Positions 1 to 14,819 of a stretch of 64,000 nucleotides of DNA are shown in pieces. This stretch comes from the human T2T-CHM13v2.0 reference genome, Homo sapiens. The translations under genes were made by a program, and so were the position numbers. The DNA lies in the NCBI RefSeq assembly GCF_009914755.1, contig NC_060942.1; one strand, given 5' to 3'. Position 1 is the first letter of the stretch. The number at the start of each line of letters is the position of its first letter. Under the pieces are notes generated by a model that saw nothing but the letters and a program-made list of their open reading frames with translations, was not told the origin of the DNA and made no database searches.

Positions 1-329
1 CATCTACTCATCTACACGATATATTTAAAAAATTGTTATGGTTTTATACAGCTCACAAAGCACCGTCACTCATTTGATTCTTAAAAATCTTTCCCATCAA
101 TCTGTGAATTAACCTAGGGAGAGCATTATTATCACCCATATATAAATAGCAGAAAACAGGCTCTGCCAGCAGCCTCAGCAATCCCACCTGGGGGGCTTAG
201 ATTTTGGACAACCCTCATTAATGGGACTTAGTCTGATCATACAGTCTGATCATAACTGTTAGAGGCTGCCCTGACCCCATATCTCTCTTGTGTCCAATTA
301 GACATTGTACACAGGGTCTTGGGTACTAT

Positions 330-1800
<1,471 letters not shown>

Positions 1801-1889
1801 CTTGGCAAGAGCCAGGATTCTTCCTACATTTGCTTTTGCACTTAGGCTGAGGCTGAGAAGTACAAGTCAGGTTAAATTCTTGTAATAAT

Positions 1890-2152
1890 GGCTAAAACAG
1901 CAACAAACACTCGTTAAGCAACTGCTATGCGTCGGACACAGTTCTAAGCACCATCAGTGCACCATCTCACGGAATCCCTCACAATGGCCCCGGAGGTGGG
2001 TACTAGTGTGGCTACCAGTTTACAAATGAGGATACTGAGGCTTGCAGAAGTTAAAGATGTTGCCAAAGTCGCATCCCTACACAACAGCACAGTCAGGATT
2101 AAAATCCAGATCTGCTTGACTTTAAAGCCCATGCTCTTAACCATTACACTAC
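1890..2152 (-). mobile_element. MIR SINE
   Basis: Core 'tttacaaatgaggatactgaggcttgcagaagttaaagatgttgccaaagtcgca' and 5' part 'aaagcccatgctcttaaccattacact'. Confidence 0.85.
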
Positions 2153-3009
2153 CTCCAAGTGCAAAACCAGGGTAACTGCATGAGTACGTATGCTTGCATT
2201 TACCCAATCCTGACCTTGTGCTCTGTGCTCTATAAATTGTTGGAAGTTTAGGGACTAAAGATTACCCTTCCTATACTTCCTGAGTTCAGGATGATAAGGG
2301 ATACACAGAAGAGTGACCATTCCTAGGCAGACAAAAATATTGACATTTTAATGGGATGCAAGTGCCAAGCAATGCTCACAATACAGTGTCTGGTAAACAG
2401 AGGTCTCCTCTATTCTGTGCGAAATCTAAGCTTTCAGATATGCATGGAGGTTTGCCTTTAGGAAGAAATGGCTTGGTCAAGAAGGCTCAGTCCATTGACT
2501 CAGGCCTACAGTTTATCCATCCAGGAGGAGCAAGAGGAGTGACCACCTGGCCACTGCTCCTTCAGCGTTGGTGAGATCCCGCTGAAGTGGGGTTAGGAGG
2601 ACAAGCTTTGCTTTTTCATGCTGATCGGACAGGCAGGGAAAAAAACAGAGGGAGGAGACCTTTCCTGTTTTTGAAGCACATTCAGGACCTCTGCAGGTGA
2701 GTTTGGCTAGATATATTTCTGATAGAAATCAAGGAATGTTTGTTTTGGGGGTCCACCACTGGGCACAGGGAGCAAGGTACAGATTAAAAGTCTTTATCCA
2801 GGATTTGTATTATGTGCAACACACTGAGAACCCTACCTCCTTCTAGGACTCAGGACCCACTCACACTTACATCAGAGAGCCAGCCTCCTCCCTCAGGAAG
2901 AAACAAACACTAGAGGCTTTGTCACCCCTCACCCCCATGTTCTGTGGACTCTTCTTCCTAGAAGGTTGACAAGAATTCTTCTAACACATATATTGCATAG
3001 TGTCTATTA

Positions 3010-3550
3010 CTTCAACAGTTCTGCCCGGAAGGTATTTTTATAATCATCTCCATGACTTCATGGAGAAACTGAAGCTCAGAGAATTTAAGTGATTTGCCCA
3101 AGACACAGAGAAAGCATGTGGTAGAGCTGGAGTTCCAGCCCAGGTCGATATAGTTTCTAAGCTCACACTGTTTCCCCCACCCCTCTGTGCCTTCCATTAA
3201 CAGCCGCCATGCAGGGAGCTGGACACTATGCTGAATGCTTTGTCTGTATTAACTCCAAACTTCACAACAACCTATATATATATATATTTGCATTTTATAT
3301 ATATATATATATAGTATAATTATACTATAAAATGGTAGTACCTTCCATGTTATACTCTCTCTCTATATATATACATATACACAAAATGGGAATGATAGTA
3401 CCATATTATACTATCATTCCCATTTTCTAGATGATGAAAACTGTTCATTGAGGATAAGTACCTTACTCAAGGATGGGCAGCTACAGAAGGATACAGCCAG
3501 AGTTGGAAAGTAAGTCTGTTAACCCCAGGCCTGTGGATTTTCCACTTACT
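3010..3550 (-). mobile_element. Two MIR copies; the second is interrupted by a (TA)n/palindromic insertion (3272-3400)
   Basis: MIR cores 'tggagaaactgaagctcagagaatttaagtgatttgcccaag' and 'cccattttctagatgatgaaaactg'. Confidence 0.75.
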
Positions 3551-3615
3551 CATGTTTTGACTGACCTTCCATGACCACTATAATAATGTTTTAGACATAT
3601 GTATAACATGCCTGA

Positions 3616-4045
<430 letters not shown>

Positions 4046-5828
4046 GATGATTTGTATATCTCCATATAGATTATCTATCTATCTATATCCCACTTTTAAA
4101 TAATGTTAATGTTTATTCTGTGACTTTTTGGTGGTGATTCATGCAAAATATAGACTAATTCTCTTTTTGTGCAAACTGTTTAGAAAAGATTGCAGCCTTC
4201 TACATTAATTTTATAAGCTCTATTGCCATAGAATCATTATATGGGTAGGAGCCTTGAAATGACTATTGCTATGTCCCCCTAACCCTGTGTACAATGCACT
4301 CAAACTAGTTCACAAAATTGCCTTTTCTGGGCAGAGACAGCTAAAAACACTGCGATGAGGACACATTATTTATACATTAAAACCTGTTAGTTGAGAGCCG
4401 ACTACTTTAATATAGTTTAGTGGTTCAGCAAAATTTCACAAAGCATAGAGTTAAATAACCAAAACGATTTTCATAAATAAATGAAAACCTCTGTATACAC
4501 TTAGTACTCAGTTTTAACAACGAATGTATGTGCTGACCTGATGATGGAGTCCCCACGACGAGGCATACTTAGGTAAGTTCTACCAGAGCTTCCTTACACT
4601 CATTTGTCTTTATGCCTCACATTTTTATGGCATCACAGCCTTGTTCTAACCATAACTTTTTGATTCTTGAAACATTTCCTTTGAGCAAGTGGGAATTACC
4701 ATTTACAACAGCTTAACTGAAAATTAAATTAACTTTATATGAGGTAAAGTAACTTCTGCAAGATTGTGTAGAATAAACATAAGAAATCAGAGGTTTCTTG
4801 ACACGTAGGGAGATAAAAATTTGTTCCTGGTATATTTTATTTTATATGGTATTTATGCTAAAAAGCCTGCATAACCTGAAGAAAGTACATGGCATAAAAG
4901 GGGAAAAAATAGTCATTATCAAGTGACATATCCCAAAAGAAATCTGCTGGATGATATAATTTCTTGTGATACCAGAAATGTTCCAGAAGACAATTCATTC
5001 ATTGAAGCTGTTGTCTTTGTAAAATTATGATTATGGAGAAATAAATCTGTTGCCTCCCCACCACTCAAAAAAAAAAATTCTTAGAAGTGAGGACTCTCTC
5101 TGTCTTTTCTGACCACTTACCCATATTCATTTGCCAGCAGCAAAGACCAAAGTGAGGAGGTCAGAAGGTCAAAGGTGACAAACTGGTTTCATAAAGATAA
5201 GCGCTCGGATACAATGAAGTGACCAGTGACACCACATACATTCCATAGGGCAAAGTACAGTAAAGAGTCTTGGGACACATGAGCACCCCCAGCCAGGCCT
5301 CTGCTTTCACAACTTTTCCTTCTGAAAGGTGGGACTCTTTTTCTTCCCGTCACGGTTAAGGATCTTTATCTCACATTAGGGACAGAGCATTTGGCACATT
5401 TTAAAATTAGACTGAAACTTTCAGTATGTCAGTGATCCCATCCTGGACTAGAAATCTGGAGCCTCCGTCAGCTCAATGGCAGCTTTTCAGGCAGAAGAAA
5501 GAGAACCTCATAACACTGTGTAGGTTACAGGTGAGCCCAAGGCCAAGCACCAATTGGCTTAAGGTCTATTACTGACTTCACTGTCACTGAGCAGCTCTGT
5601 GCCCTTGGGATGCCACTTTGAAGCAGGAGAATAGGGTCTGGAGGCAGGGAACCTAAGGCCGATTCACGCTGACTTCCTAGAACTAAACCAAAAAGAAAAC
5701 CCCAACTTTCCAAGCCCACGTAACAAAAGGACCAGAGGCTACTTCCTTTGAAACCTCCCCCTTTTCTGTGAGGCAGATGAAAAATTGAAAGTACCTCTGT
5801 TTGGTCCCCTCCTGCTCCTGTAACCAAT

Positions 5829-6712
5829 TGAGAGGTGACAGCATGCTGGCAGCCCTCAGAGCCCTTGCTCGCTCTCATGCCTCCTCGGCGTCCGTGCCAA
5901 TTCTGGCGGCGCTTGAGAAGCCCTTCAGCCCGCCGCGGCACTGTGGGAGCCCCTTCCTGGGATGGCCGAGGCGGGAGTCGGCTCCCTCAGCCTGCGGGGA
6001 GGTGTGGAGGGAGAGGCACCGGCGGGAACCGGGGCTGCGGGGGCGCGCTTGCGGGCCAGCTAGAGTTCCGGGTGGGCGTGGACTTGGCGGGCCCTGCATT
6101 CGGAGCCGCCGGCTGGCCCGCCGGCCCCTGGCAGTGAGGGGCTTAGTACCCGGGCCAGCAGCTCCGGAGGGTGCGCCGGGTCCCCCAGCAGTGCTGATCC
6201 ACCGGCGCTGGGCTCCATATCTCGCCAGGCCTTAGCTGCCTCCCCGCGGGGCAGGGCTCGGTACCTGCAGCCCGCCATGCCTGACCAATCACCTGTCTGT
6301 AAAACAGACCAATCGGCTCTCTGTAAAATGGACCAATCAGCAGGATGTAGGTGGGGCCAGATACGAGAGAAAAAGCAGGCTGCCCGAGCCAGCAGTGGTA
6401 ACCCTCTGGGGTCCCCTTCTACGCTGTGGAAGCTTTGTTCTTTCACTCTTTGCAATAAATCTTGCTGCTGCTCGCTCTTTGGGGCCACACTGCCTTTATG
6501 AGCTGTAACACTCACCGGGAGGGTCTGCAGCTTCACTCCTGAAGCCAGCGAGACCACCAACCCACCAGAAGGAAGAAACTCCGAACACGTCTGAACATCA
6601 GAAGGAAAAAACTCCGGACACGCCGCCTTTGAGAACTGTAACACTCACCGCGAGGGGCCACGGCTTCATTCTTGAAGTAAGTGAGACCAAGAACCCACCA
6701 ATTCTGGACACA
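5829..6712 (+). mobile_element. LTR12 (LTR12C/D/E-type, HERV9) solo LTR with internal deletion
   Basis: Starts TGAGAGGTGACAGCATGCTGGCAG, CpG-rich U3, CCAAT repeats, AATAAA at 6454, U5 repeats, ends ATTCTGGACACA. 4-bp flanks CAAT/CAGT. Confidence 0.93.
6285..6400 (+). promoter_or_regulatory. LTR12 proximal promoter: three CCAAT (NF-Y) boxes upstream of the usual TSS region
   Basis: CCAATC at 6285, 6309 and 6333 (24-bp spacing). The GATA/TATA segment reads 'agatacgagagaaaaag', which appears degenerate relative to consensus. Confidence 0.6.
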
Positions 6713-7041
6713 CAGTCAGGCTGGTTGTGGGCCAAGTCTTCATTTGCATAGGAGTATAACTTTGTAACTTCTCTTCAGCCTCTAATTGGTCACTTTCCAC
6801 AACCAATCAGATGATTGCATAGGGTGTAACTTTGTAACTTCGTTTTGGCCTCCGATTGGCCCCCTCCCACAACTAATCAGACTGACAACAGGCCACTACT
6901 TCATTTACATAGGGTGTACACCAAATAACCAATGGGAAACCTCTAGAGGGTATTTAAGTCCCAGAAAATTCTGTAACCGTGCTCTGGAGGCACTTGCTCA
7001 GCCTGCTCCCACCTAGTGGAATGTACTTTTGTTTTCAATAA

Positions 7042-7353
<312 letters not shown>

Positions 7354-7731
7354 TAAATCTCTGCTTTTGATGCTTTATTCTTTCCTTGCTTTGTGCCTTT
7401 TGTCCAATTCTTTGTTCAAGACTCCAAGAACCTGGACACTCTCCACAGGTAACAGCTTTGTCTGCCTGCTCTTCATTTTCCACATGCATATAGACTAAGT
7501 GATTTCTAAGATCTTTTAATCTCAACAAGTTTGTAATTCTGGCTGTAAACCCCGGAGTGGGGAATGACGTAAGGAAATATGGGTAACGATAATGTTAATG
7601 TAAAACACTATCAAGGCATCTGAATGTAGGAGACAAATGACTTGTAGAATAATATGAGGAGTTTTTCTTTTTGCCAAGAACAAGTAACAGGGACCAGACT
7701 TACCATCCCATATGCAATAACTTGAAAACTA

Positions 7732-9830
<2,099 letters not shown>

Positions 9831-10132
9831 CGATTATTCCTGTTTTTCTCTTCTTGGATCCTGTTTTGTGTCAGGCATTGTGATGTAAATTCTATCATAA
9901 ATTTTGTTGTAGAAATATGAATGGTAAATGTAATGATGCCCTTAAGATGTTTATAGCCATTGTTGAAGACAGACAAATAAATGATCCATTATAAAGGAGA
10001 TAAAATATTTAAAAGCCTTTAATGATTTGACTTAAGAGCAGTTTTTAAATGCCTCGATAAATGGGTTTAATTGATATTTGTGTCCTAGGAAACTGAGTCC
10101 ATAGCAGGTGATCCAGAAATATTTGTTGATTG

Positions 10133-10663
10133 GCAATGGATGAATGGATAAAGAAATTGTGGTGTATATACACAATGAAATATGAGTAAACTTTAAAAAA
10201 GAAATTCTGTTATTTGTAAGACTGTGGATGAACCTGGAGATCATTATGCTAAGTGAAGTAAGCCAGATACAGAAAGCCAAATGCCACTCAATCTCATTTA
10301 CATGTGGAATCTAAAAGTCAAACTCATAGAAGTAGAGTGTAGCAAGGTGGTTACCAGAGGCTGATGAGAGAGAATGGGGAATGGGGAGATGTTGTGCAAA
10401 GGGTACCAAGTTTCAGTTGGGCAGGAGGAATAAATTTTAGAGACTGATTGCATATCATGGTGACTATAGTTAATAATGCATTGTATACTTCAAAAATTGC
10501 TAGAAGGGTAGATTTTAAATGTAATAGTCCCCAAAATTTAGCATGTAGAGGAGTTGTTAATTGGCTTTATTTAATCATTCCACAATGTAAACGTATAAAG
10601 ACATTACATTGCACCCCTAAATTTATACAATTATTATTGGCAATTAAAAATGAAATTTAAAAA
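10133..10663 (+). mobile_element. 5'-truncated L1MA 3' end
   Basis: 'gatgaatggataaagaaattgtggtgtatatacacaatg...aacctggagatcattatgctaagtgaa'. TSD ATTTGTTGATTG at 10121 and 10664. Confidence 0.88.
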
Positions 10664-11337
10664 ATTTGTTGATTGAAGAAGATTCCAGTCACATATGTTG
10701 AGTCATATAAAACATAATTGCAATGTATTATATTTGATAATTTATTTAATGAATATTTTTATTTGCTACACATAAAAACTACAAACTTAATTGTCAGAGC
10801 CCTTACCTTTAAGTCTACATAGTAGATCACAAGTAACAAATAATAATAATATGATAGAATGTGTATACATGCTAAGATAGAAGTTCCCATGAAGGAAGGA
10901 GCAAACAAGAGGATTGGAATGAGGATAAGTTGGTATGGGAGATATCACTGCCTCGGAACTCAGGGTATAAGGCTGCAACTCGCTCCTTATACAATTGCTG
11001 CACAAGCAGGAAGGCGACTTGCCACAAAGCCCAAGGCAAGAACCCTGTTACCAGAATCAGGGGTGAGATAACAGGATCAGCAGCAGCTCTGAAGCCTTTG
11101 TCTCTAGCTCCTTAAATCTTCCTCTCTTCCTCCCCACCAGAGACAACTCAATTGTTTCTAGAGTTTCAGGTGAAAGATTTTGGTCCCAGTTTTAGGTATT
11201 GGGAGTGAAATTCAACTACTACATCAATGGACTGACTCTAATTTTTGAGAAAACGTAACTTCATGTTGGCAATGTCTCTATCAGAACAATATCAGGTGAG
11301 GTAGAGTGAAGATACAAAGTAGAGGTCCGAAAGGGTG

Positions 11338-11701
11338 TGATATGATTTGGTTCTGTGTCCCCACCCAAATATCTTCTTGAATTGTAATTGCCAGATGTTG
11401 AGTGGGAGACCTGGTGGGAGGTGATTGGATCATGGGGGCAATTTTCCCCATGCTATTCTTGTGATAGTGAGGGAGTTCTCACAAGATCTGATGGTTTTAT
11501 AAATGGCAGTTGCCCCTGGGCTTTGCATGCTCTCTCTTGCCTGCTGCCATATAAGACGTGCCTCTTTCCCTTCCACCATGATTCTAAGTTTCTTGAGGCC
11601 TCCCCAGCCATGTGGAACTGTGAGCCAATTAAACCTCTTTCCTTTATAAATTACCCAGTCTTGGGTATTTCTTTATAGCTGTGTGAGAATGGACTAATAC
11701 A
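11338..11701 (+). mobile_element. MaLR solo LTR (THE1D/MSTA type)
   Basis: TGATATGATTTGG...GGACTAATACA with a perfect 5-bp TSD GGGTG. Confidence 0.93.
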
Positions 11702-14600
11702 GGGTGCTATGTGAGCTATCAATCAATGGCACTGGAGCCATCAATTTTGACTGCAGCCAGGGTCAGAAATGGTTTCAAAGATGAAGAAGTTCTGAGTTGC
11801 ATCTTGAAAAGCAAATAAAATTTCAACATGGGAAAACCGTGTTCAGCCAGAGGGCTTATTACCTGTTGGAAGTTCAGGGTGCTCAAAAAAAAACGAGGTA
11901 TGAAGAAACATAATTTGTTGGAGTAAGATGAATGTCTATGTGATACACAGAAGAGAATAAATGCTTTTGTCCAGCATTTTTAGTTAATACAATATTCTGC
12001 TTAATGAAATAGAGGATTGCTGTGTATTTCATTCATAGATTTCAAATTATAATAAAACACATTTGTATCAGTTAGAATTCAGTTGTAAAAAATGAACTGC
12101 TCCATGGATCTTAAGCAGAAAACAGTTGGGAAGACTGGAGGAGACTCCAGGTTGACTAGTCTGCTGGGTCAGGGGGTAAATGTAACACACCATAGCTTAC
12201 ATGCATTTTCATTTTATGATGCAGGAACTCTAGAATTTTTCAGTGCCTCAGTTTGCCTAGAATTAACACATATGAGACACCCCAGAAATGTTGAATAAAT
12301 GAATGAACATATGTGAAGGTCAACATTCCATAAAAGTACAGACATACTCATTAATAGAAATTTCATTTCTTAATCTCCCAAGAGCCTTGCACAATGACTT
12401 ATACATAGTAGGCAATTCATCAATATTTGTTGAATGAATTTCAGAAGAAAGCAAATAAAGTTGATATTTATTTCTGTGGTGATTTCAAATAAATCAAGTC
12501 CATTTTTGTCATTCTTTAAAAAGGATGATGTATATCTAACCTTGCAATCATGTCAGACATGGTTAACAATACGATGCTGTTTGCATAATAGTAATTCATG
12601 ATAAAAGCAGAAGTCCTTGTTTTTTAAACCCAAAAGTGATGTCAAGGAAAAAGACGTTTAAGTCATTGAATGTTGCTATCTGTTGGTTTAAGAAATGTGC
12701 CTAAACACATCTGATCTTATTCAGGTTGGGTGGCTGCCTCAACACATACCCAGAAATGGAGGAAAACACTTGGCTAATAACATCCTAACTCCCCTTAATG
12801 TTTTTGTTTACTCCAGCCTTGCATGACCAGCAGCAGGGTAATTGTGTTAAGTCTGGGTAAAATAGTTCTCATCACACAGACCCCCAGCAGGGCACAGGAA
12901 GTTAGTTTAACTAAACTGTATCTATTTTGGAACAGAAATACACAGGCTGAAATAAAAAGAGAGAAAATCTCTTTCACATTAAGGACATTAAAAAGCCAAA
13001 TGGACTTGGCTGGTGGATGAGTTAATCTAAGGTGAATGTCACCACTTAAAAACTTCTTATTATTTAGGAATTTTGAGAGTCATCTTTACATATATATGAC
13101 ATATCTCATATGATATGATAGTATACATAATGTGTGTATATATGTGTATATCCATAAATCAAATATCAGCCTTTAAATATTTTTTGAAGTAATTATTTTG
13201 TAGCACTAGGAAAAAAGTTTCAAAGTCTATTTGGAGGAACATTATCTCTAAATACCCTAGAACAGTGTCAGAAACAGCCATTGAACTAGAAGTCAAAGCA
13301 AAACTACACCAAATGATGTACTCTGGCTTTTTCCCACTTCCCCGAGTGATTTCATCTCCTATTCTAAAAATAGGATAAAATGGAGATGGCTTCACGTGCT
13401 TCCACCTCCCACATATGTCCCAATCTTCTCCATTTGGATTAGAAAAAAAAAACTCTGCTTGCAAATGAATCGTTAATTCTATAAGAAGCCTTCTTCTGTT
13501 TTCCTGCACAGGTAACATTTTGTTTTGCAAGTAACAGAGTCACTTCGTATTTTGGGCTTGGCTTTTTTTATATATATATAATAAACCACATTGCTCATAA
13601 ATATGAGCAACACTTTGGGTTGTTTGTTCCAATTTGTTTTCCTTTTTTGAATCGATGCACTTCAATCTTTGCTAATGTTGAAAAGCTGACAAGCTGGCCC
13701 AATTAGGTGTCGCTAAAGGTTCAGACTTTGATAACCTGTTCTGATTGTGTGTGTATTTAACTTCTACTAAGGCTCTGAATGAAGATAAGTTCTCTATGAC
13801 TCTGTTAGAAATTAGATAAATTGGAATCAGATGATGTCTACAGAACTGAGTTTCTAATAAAGGAATTTGTAAACACCCCATTCCTCTCTCCTCACTATAA
13901 CCGAGGGATTCATGAGGGGAACTCACCAGTGTGCCAGCTTTTCCAGGAACCTCTGAGGCTTCAGTGTCACTCCTATCTTTCATAAAGGAAAGGGGCTATT
14001 ATCTGTGCACTATTTTCATTAGGAATACAGTGGGAACATCTTTATTAGAAACATAGCGTGTGCTTGATGTGCTCAGTTGTGATAATGAGGGGAAGGGTGT
14101 GAATGAGAAGATAAGAGGAGCAAGTATTTAACTGGAAGCATTCCACCTGGCTTCGGCTTCATGTTATTTAATTGGATGAGGAACATTTTCTGCCGTGAAA
14201 ACAGCCAAATGTCCCAGATTGGGAGTCGAGAAGCCAGGATTTGAGGACATCATCGATAGCAATGCTTCATGTCCCTCTTCCTCCTCCCTAGGGGTGGCTT
14301 ACTAACCTTAACCTTTAAAAGAGCACATGCACTGCACACAGGACATTTGGGAATATAAGAACGACGTAGTTTAGGTGGAAAAAGCACGGTCATCTTTTCA
14401 CTGCCAGACATGAACGAAATTGTGAACTAGATAAATTCTATTTTCAAGCCTTATAAGGTTACCTCTCTGGATTTCTCTTCCACTTTTAGCACCTCTAGGC
14501 TTAATATCTATGTATTTATATATATCTCTCTCCCTTATAAAAACTTAACTCTCCTGTGTCCTGCTCCTTCACATCTGTGCTAAATGATGTTATAAATTAG

Positions 14601-14801
14601 TAGGTTTATCAGATTTCGTACGTATAAATAACTGGATGCCTGGGTAAATTTTCATATCAGATACACAACAAATAAAATTTTAGTTTAAGTATGTCCAGTG
14701 CAATATTATTCCTTGTATATCTGATTCTAATTTAACCAGAGGGTGCTTTGTATTGTATCTGACAATCCTAAAATCCTGTATTGTATCTGACAATCCTAAA
14801 A
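14601..14801. mobile_element. MER53 palindromic hAT MITE with duplicated right end
   Basis: 'taggtttatcagattt...tatctgacaatccta' terminal inverted repeats and internal palindromy. Confidence 0.75.
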
Positions 14802-14819
14802 ATAATTTTTCTTTTTGAA

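Noticed and set aside
230-254. AGTCTGATCATA tandem duplication
   Set aside because: Single 13-bp slippage duplication with no further structure.
4090-4500. Possible ancient DNA-transposon fragment
   Set aside because: Composition is suggestive, but I could not identify TIRs or a family.
5525-6644. Overlapping 100-194 aa GC-rich ORFs and CpG-island-like sequence as a gene start
   Set aside because: Explained by LTR12/MER51 sequence; stop-poor because of GC content.
6490-6860. Repeated units resembling a CRISPR-like array
   Set aside because: These are the normal U5 repeats of LTR12 and internal repeats of MER51. There are no unique spacers, and the context is eukaryotic.
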